DNA of 64,000 nucleotides from positions 1,426,001 to 1,490,000 of the forward strand of contig OY253673.1 in the NCBI GenBank assembly GCA_958009085.1, read 5' to 3'. The first letter of the stretch is position 1. Each line of letters opens with the position of its first letter. The translations under genes were made by a program, and so were the position numbers. This DNA is from Protoeuglena noctilucae (taxonomy: Eukaryota). Below are positions 36,501 to 47,764 of this stretch, one piece after another. The notes under the pieces are model-generated. The model did no database searches. It saw only the letters and a program-made list of their open reading frames with translations, and was not told the origin of the DNA.

Positions 36501-39500
36501 CGGGAGGCGATGCCGGTGCCAGAGAGGACCGCGCCTGCAACCAGGGCGGCGCCGGCAGCCGAGGTGCCCGCCGAGGCGCCCGCGACAGCGTCGATGGCTA
36601 AGGGAGACGCGAGGACGTCAAAAGCGACGGTGGCTGCGAGGGAGAAGCCCCCAGCCGCGGCGGTGGGCGCGCAGGTGTAGGTGAGGAGCGTCGAGGATGC
36701 GACGGCCTGGGCGGGGGGCAGCGGCACGGAGGCGGCCGCGGCTGTGGAGACGGTGACGGTGGGGATCGACGCCATGACGGATGGGTTGGAGGAGGTGCAG
36801 GCGTAGGTGACGGGCGCCGTGGGGGCCGAGTTGGGCTGCAGGGACACCAGCGACGTGGCGTTGGGCTCCCCCGCCCACACCTGCACCGTCTTGCTCAGCG
36901 CGCCGCCCCCCGATAGCACGGCCCCGGCCGCCAGCGCCGTGGTGCCGTCTGCCGCCGTCTGCGCGGCGCCTGCCACGGCGTCCACCGCGCGCGGCAGCAC
37001 GGCGACGTCGAAGCTCCCGAAATCACTTGTGGTGAGTCCGCCCGCATTGGCTGTGGGCTTGCACGTGTAGGTGACGACAGTCAGTGAAGTGACGGACGCC
37101 GGCGCGGGCACTTGCACGGACACCACGGACGCGTCTGATACGGTCACGGCTGCTGTGTTGTCCAGGGCGGTCGTGTTGGACGACAGGCAAGAGATGGAGA
37201 CGGCGGCGGACGGCGCCGACGTCAGTTGCAGCTGCGGGGGAGGGATCGAGGAACAACGTTATGCTGCTGCGAGATAGTGGGGCCACGGGGTGGATCAAGG
37301 GACATCAATGTCATAACCCTGTTGAAAGGGAGTGATATGACCGGCACCGCTCGCTCCCCGCAGCTCCTCGCCTTAACGACCTGGCCGGCGGCCGTGGTGG
37401 TCCCCGCGATGACCCGCGGGGTGAGCGCCGCGATCCCCGACCGCAGCGTAGCCAGGCTGGAGATGCCGGCACCCGACTGGGCCGTCTGGGCGCTCCCGGA
37501 CAGAGCGACGATCTTGATCGACGCGACCACCACGTCGAACGTCGTCACTTGTGTCGTCTTGAGGCCCCCCGCGTCCGCAGTCGGCTTGCACGAGTACGTG
37601 ACGGTCGTGTCGGCGTCCACGGCACCGGTGGCGGGGAGCGGGAAGGGCACCGGCCCGGCGGAGGCGGGGACGGTGAGCGTGGGGACGCTGGCGAGGACGG
37701 CGGGGGCAGAGGAGGTGCACGAGTAGGTGACGGGCGCGGAGGGGGCCGCGGACGGCACCAGCTGCGCGAGCGTCGACGTGGCGGGCGACCCCTCCACGAT
37801 GGAGGGGGTGCGCGAGGGGCTGCCCGACACTAGCTGCGTGCCGGCCGCCAGCGCCGTCCCCGCCGCGGACGTCTGCGCCGAGGCCGCCTGCGCCTGCACC
37901 GTCAGCTGCCGCACCAGCACCGCAAACGTCGCCTTGGCCCCCGCCGTCACGCCCCCCGCCGCGGCTGCCGGGGCGCAGGTGTAGGTCACAAGGGTGTCGG
38001 CTGCAACCGCGGCGGGCGTCGGCAGCGCCACGCTTCCCGGGGACGCGCTGTTGAGGGACACCGTCGCCGCGTTGGCCATCACGTCCGGGGTGTCCGAGGC
38101 GCAGGCGACCGTGACGGCGGCGGACGGCGACGCGTTGAGCCTCAGCGCCACGGTGGTGCTGTTCACCGGCTGCAGCTCGTTCGCCACCACCGTCTTGCCG
38201 GCGCCCCCGCCCGTCAGCACCGCCCCCGCCGCCAGCACCGCTCCGTCCGACGTCGTCAGCCCCGAGGCAGCCACAGCATCCAGGCGCAGGGCCACGACGC
38301 GCACGTAGGAGTAGGAGAGATCGGTGGTGCGGAAGGGGCCGAAGTCGGCGTCGGGCGCGCACGTGTAGGTGATGTCCACGTCGGCAGAGACCACCGCGGG
38401 TGCCGGCAGGGTGAGGGCCGTGGCGCCCCCCGTCGCCGACACCGCCACGCTTAGCAACGACTGGAGCGTGTCCGTGGCGCTGGAGACACACGACACCTTG
38501 CCGGCCACTCCGGGTGCCACCGACGGCACCAGCTGCACCCGGGAGGAGTTGGCCGCGTCGCTGGCGTAGACGGCCACCTCGGTCGATGCCACGGCCGAGG
38601 CGCCGGAGATGTCGGTGCCCGCGGGGATGGCCGCGCCGGCCACGTTGAAGGCCGTCGCCGCCGCCTGGGGCACGATGCGTGCTGGGACAACGTACACCGC
38701 GAACTGCACCGTGTGGTTGGCGGCCCCGGCGCGGTAGCCGCCCGCGTCGGCCTTGGGCGTGCAGCTGTAGACGACCTGCGCCGCCTTGTCAACGTTCGTG
38801 AACGACGGCAGGGGCACGGGGGTGGCCGAAGCGTCCGTCACGGTCACGTCCACGCTGGCTGCCACGGCGGTGTTGTTGGGCTTGCAGGTGAAGGTGACGG
38901 GGGCGGTGGGCGCCGCGATCACCTTGATGGCCACGAGGGTGGAGAGGGTCCCGGCGCCCTCGCTCACCACGAGGGTGCGCGACGCGGGGGGCGAGGACCC
39001 CGTGAAGCTCACGGAGGCCCCCGCGGCCAGGGCCGTGCCGTCCAGCTGCCGCGTGGCGCCCCCCGACCCCACCACGGCGTCCACGCTGAGGGGCAGCACC
39101 ACCACGTCGAAGCTCACGGACAGCCCCGCCGTGACGCCCGTGGGGGCGGGGGACGCGGCGGCCGCGCAGGTGAAGGTGACGGTCTTAGATCCCGACGCGA
39201 GCGCGGCGGGGGCGGGGATCTGGAGGCCGACCGAGGTGGCGGCCGTCACAGTCACTGTCCCCACGCTGGCCACGGCTGTCGTGTCGCCGGACGTGCACTG
39301 GATGATGGCGGTGGCGGCCGCGTCGAAGGCCAGGCTCACGAGCTGCCCCGCCGCCGTCTGGATGCCCTCGTAGGCCGCCACGGAGAGGCACCGCTGCCCC
39401 ACCTGGAGGCGCGTGCCGCTCGGCAGTGTGTCCATGGTCGGGGTGGCGGCGGGGGCGGCCGAGCCGGCCACGGCCTGCAGCTGGTAGTGCAGGGGGGGCG

Positions 39501-42500
39501 CCCCCACCGTGACGGCGTGGGGGGTGGTGCCGGTGGTGGTCGTGAAGGTGGCCGTGTAGCTGGCGGTGAAGTAGGGGTTGGGGACCACGGTGGTGTCCTG
39601 GGAGGTGCACTTGACGGTGACGCTGGCCCCCGGGTTGCCGTTCAGCACCGCTTTCACCACCTGGCCGGGCAGGGAGCTGGCCCCCGCCCCCACGCGCATC
39701 ACGTCCACACCCGCGGTGGTCGCCGACCGCGCCACCAGCAGCGCCGTGCCCTCGGTGGCAGTCACAGAGAAGGCCGAGGCGCCCAGGTAGGCGCTGGAGG
39801 ACCCGGCCTGCAAGTTGATGCGCAGGGGCTGGGCCGTGACGGTGAACGTCACGCTGTCCGTGCGGGCGAGCCCGCCCCCGTCGGCCGTGGGCGCGCACGT
39901 GACCACCACGTCCGTGTCCGCCGTCACGACACCCGTCGCCGTCGACACGGTGCCCAACGTCAGGCCCTTAACGGCAACTGCCCCGGTCGTGGACGCAAAT
40001 GACGCCGAGGCTCCGGTGCTATCGGGAAGCACCGTCGTGCTCCCTGAAGTGCACGTGACCGTCACGGCAGCGCTGAGGGCGCCGTTGAGAGTCAAGCTCA
40101 CCGACTGCCCCGCGGTGTCCGGCTGCCCCTCCAGCCGTGCCACCTTGGCGGACCCCAGCGTGGCCCCGGGCGTCAAAACCGTGCCGTCCGGCTGCACGGC
40201 GGCCGAGCCAGCCACGACCACGATGGCCAGCGGCTGCATCGACACCGTGAACGTCGTCGTGTCTGAGGTGGAGAGGCCCCCCGCCGTGGACGTCGCCGCG
40301 CACGTCACCGTGGCGGTGGCGGCGGTGGAGATGGACCCCACGGTGCCCAGGGCAATGCCCACGGCAGCAGTGCCCGTGGTGCTCTTGAAGGTGACCTGGT
40401 AGTCCGTGGCCGTGGACGAGTTGGGCAGCGTGCCGGACGACGACGTGCACGCCACCTGCACGTCTGCGGTCGGGTTGCCGTTCAGCGCCACCTGCACCGT
40501 CGCGCCCTTCGCGTCCGCCTGACCCTCCACGCGCGCCACGCCATTGCCAAGCGCCGCTCCCTGGGCGTAGGCTTTCCCCGTCGGGTCCACCGCGGCTGTA
40601 CCCGCCGTCACCACGATCGCCAGCTTGCGCAGGGTCAGGGACGCCAGCGCCGGCTCGTCTGTCCCGATGCCGCCCAGGCCGTCCGCCGTGCACGACAGCG
40701 TCACGGCCGCGTCGGCCGACAGGTCCCCCACGGTCGCCAGCGTGAGCGCCTGCGCCGTCTGGCCGTTGGCCGTCCCGAACGTGACCTGCGCCGCGGGGCT
40801 GGCCATCGCCGACGTGTTGCTCGACACGCACGACACCACCGTCGTCGCCGTGGGGTTCCCCGACAGCTTCACGCTCAGCGTGCCCCCGGCAGCATCGGCC
40901 GCGTTCTCCACCCGTGCAAGCGTGTCGCTCGCGGACAGCGACGACCCTGCGGTGATCGACCCCCCCGCCGCGGCGGAGGCGGCCGTCCCCGCCACCAGCA
41001 CGATCCGCAGCCGCCGCAGCCGCACCCCCACGGCCGCCGTCTCCCCCACCGCAATGCCCCCCGCCCCGTCCGCCTTGCACACCACGCTGGCGTCCTGGTC
41101 CCGGCGCAGGTTGGCCACCGTGCCCAGCTCGAGCCCCACCGCCGTGAGCCCGTTGCTCGTCGTGAACGACACCGTGAAGTCGCTGGCCGTGCCGCTGTCC
41201 GGGAGGAAGGCCAGCAGCGACGACCGGCACGTCACCACGGTTGTGGCCGTCGGGTTGCCGTTTAATACCAGCGACAGCGTCGCGCCGGACGCATCAGCGG
41301 CGTTCTCCCCCCGCAGCACGGCGTCCGTCAACCCCAGCTGCGCCCCGGCAGACCACGCGTCCCCGGTGGGTTTCACGGCAGCGGTACCCGCCAGGACCCG
41401 GATGGCCAGGGGTTGTGCCGTGACGGTGAACGTGGTCGTGTCCGTCGTGGCCAGCCCCCCCGCGGCGGTCGTCGCCTTGCACACCACCTGCACCGTCACG
41501 TTGGGGGGCGCCATGGCAGCCACGGTGCCCAGCCGCAGGGGCGCGGGCGTGAGGCCGGTCGTGGCGGTGAAGGTGACGGTGTAGTCGGACGATGCGCCGT
41601 CCGGGAGCGTGGAGGTCGACTGGGACTGGCACGCCACTGTGACTGGGGCCGACGGCTGGGCGTTCAAGACCACCTGCATAGGGCGGGCAGGTGGGACACA
41701 ATTCGGAGCGTCTCCCAGGACATGCCATCCGCGTCTGCGGGAGTCATGACAACCACCAGAGCGCCACTTATAGTGACCGCTTGCGTCACGCGGAGCTCAC
41801 CTTGACCGTGTTGCCCGACCCGTCCTGCTGCGACTCGACGCGCGCCACCCCCTGGGCCGTGACGTCGGCCCCGGGCGCATACGCGGTGCCCGAGGGGCTG
41901 ACGGCCGAGGCGCCCGCGACCACCAGGATCTTGAGCTTGACCGCGGCCACCACGAACGTGGCCTGGTCCGCGGACGTGAGCCCGCCTGCGTTGGATGGGA
42001 CGCACGAGATGGACACGCTCTGGTCGGATGAGATGTCCCCCACCGTGCCGAGCTTGATCGGCTGCGGCTGCGTGCCGTTGGCGCTGGTGAAGGTGAGGGT
42101 GAAGTCGGAGGCGGTGGTGGAGTTGGGGAGGGCAGAGGCGTTGCTCGTGGAGCACGTCACCATGACGGTCGCGGAGGGGTTGCCGTTCAGCACCACCTGG
42201 GTTGTAGAAAGGGGGTCGTGGGCGATGAGAGCAGCTGGGGCTGCAACACACCGCCCTCCCTCGCCACCGTCTGGAAGAGCAAAGCGTTTCGTATCGTTTA
42301 ACCAGCCGCGCCTGTCACCTGGACGCTCGCGCCGGCCGTGTCGGCCACCCCCTCCGTGCGCGATATCTTCAGCCCCGTGCCACCCCCGGCGATGGAGGTG
42401 CCCTTGGCTAAAGCAACCCCGCTTTCGTTCACCGCCGCGGACCCCGCCTGCACCAGCACGGCCAGGGGCGTGGCCCGGACCTGCGTGGTGGCGGACTGGG

Positions 42501-45500
42501 GCAGGAGGCCGCTCTTGCCCACCGCCGCGCACGTGAGGGTCACCGAGCTGGCCGTGGAGATGGCCTGCACGGCCGGGATCGTCAGCGACTGCGCCGTGGT
42601 GCTGCTCTGCGCCGTGAAGCTGAGCTGGTAGTCCGCCGCCGTGGTCGAGTTGGCCAGCACCGCGCTCGCGGACGCGTCCACCGTGCACGTGACCGTCACG
42701 TCCTCGGGGGCCAGCTGGGACAGCCGCACGCGGAAGAGACCCCCGGGGCCGTACGCCGTCGCCTCCCCGTACGCCGTCGCCTCCACCGCCGTCGTCGTGT
42801 CGGTCGGCAGCAGCTCCACCCCCTGCGTCCGCGCCGCCCCCGTCGCCGCGTCCGCGTTGGCCGTCCCCGCCTCAATCACCACGCGGATGTACTCCACCCC
42901 CACCAACAGCACCGCGCGGTCGGTCGTCGTCGTGGCCACCGGCTCCAGCCCCGCGTTGGCCGAGGCGGTCGCCAGCTCGCACTGCAGCTGCGCAGAGGGC
43001 GTCCCAGCCACGAACGTCACGTACGCGTCGCGGGGGGCCTTGTCGAACACCACGCCGTCCCCCACGCACTGCACGTGCACCCCCGCCGCGTTGCTGGTCA
43101 CCAGGGACGAGAAGCGGGCCGACCCGGGCAGCACGGCCCCCGCCGCCTCCTTGACCCCCCCACTGCTGTACGCAACGGGGGTGGCCAGCGCCGTCAGCAC
43201 GGCCGTGCCGGACACCACCTCGGCGCACGTCACCCGCCCGGCGCCGTCCGGGACGTCCCCCCCGGCCGCCACCCGCACCACCAGCTCGCTGGCGGCGCGC
43301 ACGGAGGTGGGGGCGGCGGCCGACGACGACAGGGCCTGCCCGGCGGCGTTGACGAGGGAGTAGGCCACAGCCGTGTTGGCCAAATTCACGTAGAGCGTGA
43401 CGGATGCGGTGGACACGTCGCCGGCCGTGCCCTGGCACACTACCTTGACCCCGGAGGCGTTGGCGGAGAGCACGCCCACGGTGAAGGTGGCCGAGTCGGC
43501 GAGGAGGAAGCCAACGGGCTCGGCGATGGTCGAGGTGCCGGCGATGCTGGCGTCCGTGGCGGTGAGGTAGGAGGACCCCGACTCGGCGCAGGTGATGGCG
43601 AAGGGGGCGGCGTTGTCGATGTCGCCCGACACGCGGGTGTAGACGGAGAAGGCCGCGCCCTCGTTGACGGTGGCCGCCCCGGCCGCCGTGGTGGGGAAGG
43701 GCGAGGTGCCGGCCGCGTCGGCGTAGAGCGTGAAGGCGGGGGCGGGCTTGATCAGGACGGGGAAGGAGGTGGACTGCCCCACGGCGGCGCCCGTGGCTCC
43801 CCCGGACACGGTGGTCACGCACGTGACCCAGGCGACCGTGGGGAGGTAGACGGTGCCCAGGGGGGAGCCGGCCGCCGGGAGGTCCACGCGCGTGGTGGCG
43901 TCGTTGGCCGCCATGGTCACGGTCGAGGAGCTGACGGGGAAGGCCACGGGGTCGGACGAACCACAGCGCAGCTGCGAGGGACGGGGTCGCGATTGTGGCA
44001 TCGTAAAGGTGGCACCGACAGATGGGCGGAGAGTCATAGATACCAAGCATCGACAGCGACACTCGTCTGCAGTGCCACGGCAGCTTCGCGCCTCACCTGC
44101 CCCGTGGTGCCGCCCGGCGCCGCCTTGTTCCTCAGTGTGAGGAGGACGGTGCTGCTGTTGGCCGCACCCGACAGGAAGCGCGGCACCAGCGTGGCGTCCC
44201 CCCCGAACAAGGACAGGTCCGTGGCCGCAGCCAGGCTCGTGCCCGCCGCGCTGCTCCCCGTGGCCTTGAGCGCCGGGACGTAGTCGAAGGACGCCGTGCC
44301 CGCCGAGGTGGTCAGCGTGAAGGTGTAGGTGGACGTGTCGGACACCGCGTCCCCCGCGCTGTCGTAGGCCACGCTCGGGTTCGGCCCCAGGCACGTGACC
44401 GTGACGGCCCCGGGGGTGGTCTGGGTGCCCGGCAGCACGTGGCACGGCACCGTGTCGTTCTGCTGCGTCCCCGCGGGCACCGCGCACGTGAAGGCCGCCA
44501 CCTGCGCCCCGCTGGCCGTGGAGCACGTCACCCCATACCCCGTGGTGACGGCCGCGCCCAAGTGCTTGACCTGCACGAGGGTGCCGCCGTAGTAGCGCGA
44601 CCCCACTACCGCGCCGGCGCTCTGCAGGAACTGCCCCTGCGCCACGGCCACCGTCAGGTTGGACGTGGGCGTCCCCAGCCCCGCCACCATCTGAAACACG
44701 GCGTTGCCCCCGTCAAAGACGACCACGTTGAACGACACGACGTCGCCGGCCTTGAAGGACCCCCCGCCGCGGCGATGTAGCAGGACACCACCACGGTCGT
44801 GTCGGCCGTCACAGTGCCCACGCTCCCCGTGAGGGTGGAGGCGGCGTAGTCGGACCCCGCGCTCGTCATGGCGGCGGGGGAGCTGGTGATGGGGAACGTG
44901 GTGGGGTCCCCCGACACGCACTTGACCGTGGCCGAGGGGCTGGCCGTCACGGCCGACTGCACCGTCAGCACCGGCACGCTCGCCTGGGGCGCGCTCTCCT
45001 TGGTCCCCAGGGACGTGGCCGCGGTGGTGCCGAGGCTCGTGCCCAGGTTCAGCACCGACACGCCGCCCCCCTGCACGGCCGCCGTCTTGTTGCGCACGGA
45101 GAAGGTCTCGGTGCCGGCCGCCTGCACCGTCAGCCCCAGCGTGTGCAGGTTGGTGGCGCCCGCGTCCTGGCACGTCAGCGTCTGCGTCGCGCCCGCCGTC
45201 ACGCTCGACAGGTCCGCCACCTGCAGCGTCAGGTTCAGCACCGTCCCCACGGCCGTGCCGCTCGGCACGGTCGCCGTGGTCGCCGTCACCACCGCCGCCG
45301 CCTGGAGGAGCGGGGAAGGCGGGGATCGTCAAGGAACCCCCTGCCGTGCCATGCCTTGCCGTGTTATGCCAGGTGTCCCGCTGCATGCTCTCACCGCGCT
45401 GTTGCTGGGGTCGGAGCTGGTGCACGTGACGGCGTAGGTCGAGGACGGCTGCTGCTTGACGCGCACGCCCACGTACCCCGCGAGGGGCTTGACGCCGGTG

Positions 45501-45712
45501 TTCTTGTTGATGGAGATGCCGGTGTTGGCCGAACCATTCACGTCGCTGAGCAGGGTGTTGGCGGCGATGTAGTTGCCGCTCTGGTCGACCGTCACGCCGT
45601 TCATGGAGACGATCTCGTACAGCGAATTGGTCGAGGCGCCGAGGCAGGGGGCGGCGAGCGCGGCGAGCACGGCCGCCAGGGCCACGGCCGCCCCGCCACG
45701 GGACCACCGCAT
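33509..45712 (-). CDS. Giant (~3,700 aa) secreted Ala/Thr/Val/Ser-rich repeat protein with putative GPI-anchor signal (surface coat/adhesin-like)
   Basis: Signal peptide MRWSRGGAAVALAAVLAALAAPCLGA. More than 20 repeats of ~120-130 aa, each with two Cys (LNGNP..TVTVTCTS...VTC...AGGL...F.V). Pro/Thr linker and hydrophobic tail VARMAGAVLLAGALAALAQ*. About 9 exons, with a 1-nt frameshift near 44762. Confidence 0.85.
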
Positions 45713-47764
45713 GCTGCTGCGAGGTCCACGGGCGCGTGCTACCCCTGGCGAGTCCTTCGCGGCCTGTCAGGCCGCCATGTCCAGCAGGCCGGCGGGACCC
45801 GTATTCTAAGCGTTTCTAGCCCTGCGATGCGGAGAGAAGCGCGGCCGGTCGCATGAAAGCGCATTGAAAGACACCCTGACATGCTGGGGCCCGCTTTGAT
45901 GACCCGCCGCGGTCGAACAAGGCATGCGAGTCGCGCAGAGCAGGCATTCCTACGAACTAAGTGGACGGCCCGCAGCAGCGGCGGCCCAGACCACTCACCG
46001 CGACAGCGCAGCGGTCAGCTTGTTGACGAAGAGCGTCCCTTCCCCGCGCCGAGTCTATATGCCCTCCTAAGATGTCGCCTCGATCAGTTGTGTTCCCTAG
46101 AGCCGTTGTAATCTAGTAGCTAGGGCCGGGACAACCAGTTCGGGGCGCACAGGTTGGCCAGATGCCAGACCCGCGTCCTGCAACGCTTCCACCTGAGGCG
46201 ATCAGGGCGGCGCGAATTGAACAACAAACATATGGTAGACGGTTAAGCAGACGTGTGCGCGGCTGGCCAGCTCGACACCCATGTCCGACACCATTTTCTA
46301 GCTGAAGCGACGCATTGTCATCGTCCCCATCCGTGCATCTCTGCGTGGCTTCCGACCATTATCAGGGTCAGGCCGTGGATTCCGACCGCGCCTGCGCCTA
46401 ACCCAACTGCGTTTTGTCCCCGATCGTCGATTCTTGCCCAGACAGCGATTGCTATCGTCCTTAAAAAGAGATTTTTGTCAAAACATCCTGTCAAGGCCAA
46501 CGACCAACGCAGGGGCTACAAGGTGGGGACAGGAGCGTCACTCGAGCCTTGCCGCCCTCCCCGGCTCACAGGGAGCGCCCCGACGCGGGCTCAGGGTTAG
46601 GGTTCCGACCTGCGCCTGCCTGCGCCGCCCGCGCCGCCTGCGTGGGGCAGGTTCACCGACGCCGACTTCCCGGAGCTCAAGCGAAAGGTGTGCTGCTGAG
46701 GAGATTTGAACAGATGGACGGGTATCGAGTCAGCCTGGGCAGGGGCTGGGAAGGGCTGTTGGGGCGGAGACGGAGGGCGAGAGGAGAGGCATGAGAGAGG
46801 TGGTATAAAAAAATATTATTGGGTATTGGGTATTGGGTATCGCATTGCGCGCGCAGCATTCCAAGCATGCCAGCGCTTCCATTCACCTGAATCACACTTT
46901 TTTTGAACCCACACGCCGCTGCAGCCCTCTGTTGGTTGCACCGTCAGCGTGGGCCACGGCGCCCTGGGGCACCCTGGTGTGTTAACCACGTCGCCCTGCG
47001 CGAACGCCCGGACGTGGTCCTTTGCTGATCAACGAAAGCATCGAGTGCGGATGCAGACGTGCGCGCGGCGAGCTCAACACCCATGTCTGACACCATTCGC
47101 CAGCGCTGGCGAACGGAGCAGTGCACCCTTGACTCGCTGCTACCACCCTTAGTGACGAACATTCTCCCGAGAAACCGCGGTTGGGAAGGCGGGACTGCGA
47201 CACGCTCGGTTCTCGTCGGCCAGGATTCAAAATCCACGTTATAGTTGCGGCCTCGCCTGCGCTTCCGGAGCTGCGGGAACCGTGCACGCATTGACCTTCT
47301 ATAGAGTGCAAGTCTAGGATCGTGGGGCTGGTCTGGAAAGGACCTGGGGCGCCCTCGGCGGGTCGTTGTGCCCCTCGACCGGTCCGTACCCCGCCGCGCG
47401 AACACCGCAGCGCAGGGCGCCGCAGGTTCCGGAGCTGATGTTGAGGCTGTATCTGTGCCTTACACCCGCAGGGCGGGAGAGGCGCCCTTTCCTCGCCGCA
47501 GGCCCCATGGGCCCGACCACGGTGCCCGGCTCCTTTGCTCGTTCCGCCCCCGTCTGCCCGGCATCGCTTGTGCCCACGCAGCATATCAGCATATCACCTT
47601 GTTGCGCTTCATCCGCAGTCCTGAGGTGGACGCGTCGACCCCGGTTCGCTGCGTTCTGGGGGCATGCGGTGAGCGGGTGGGGGCGTGTGGTGGCGATGGG
47701 AGTCGCTGGGTGTGAGAGCGGCCCTAACCCACCAGGCAACTCGAGGGCACTCGCGCACTCGCAG

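Noticed and set aside
38713..44283. Long plus-strand ORFs opposite the giant repeat gene
   Set aside because: Antisense shadows caused by strong GC3 codon bias.
46590..46845. GGGTTAGGGTT telomere-like motif and (TATTGGG)x3
   Set aside because: Too short to support an interstitial telomere or regulatory call.
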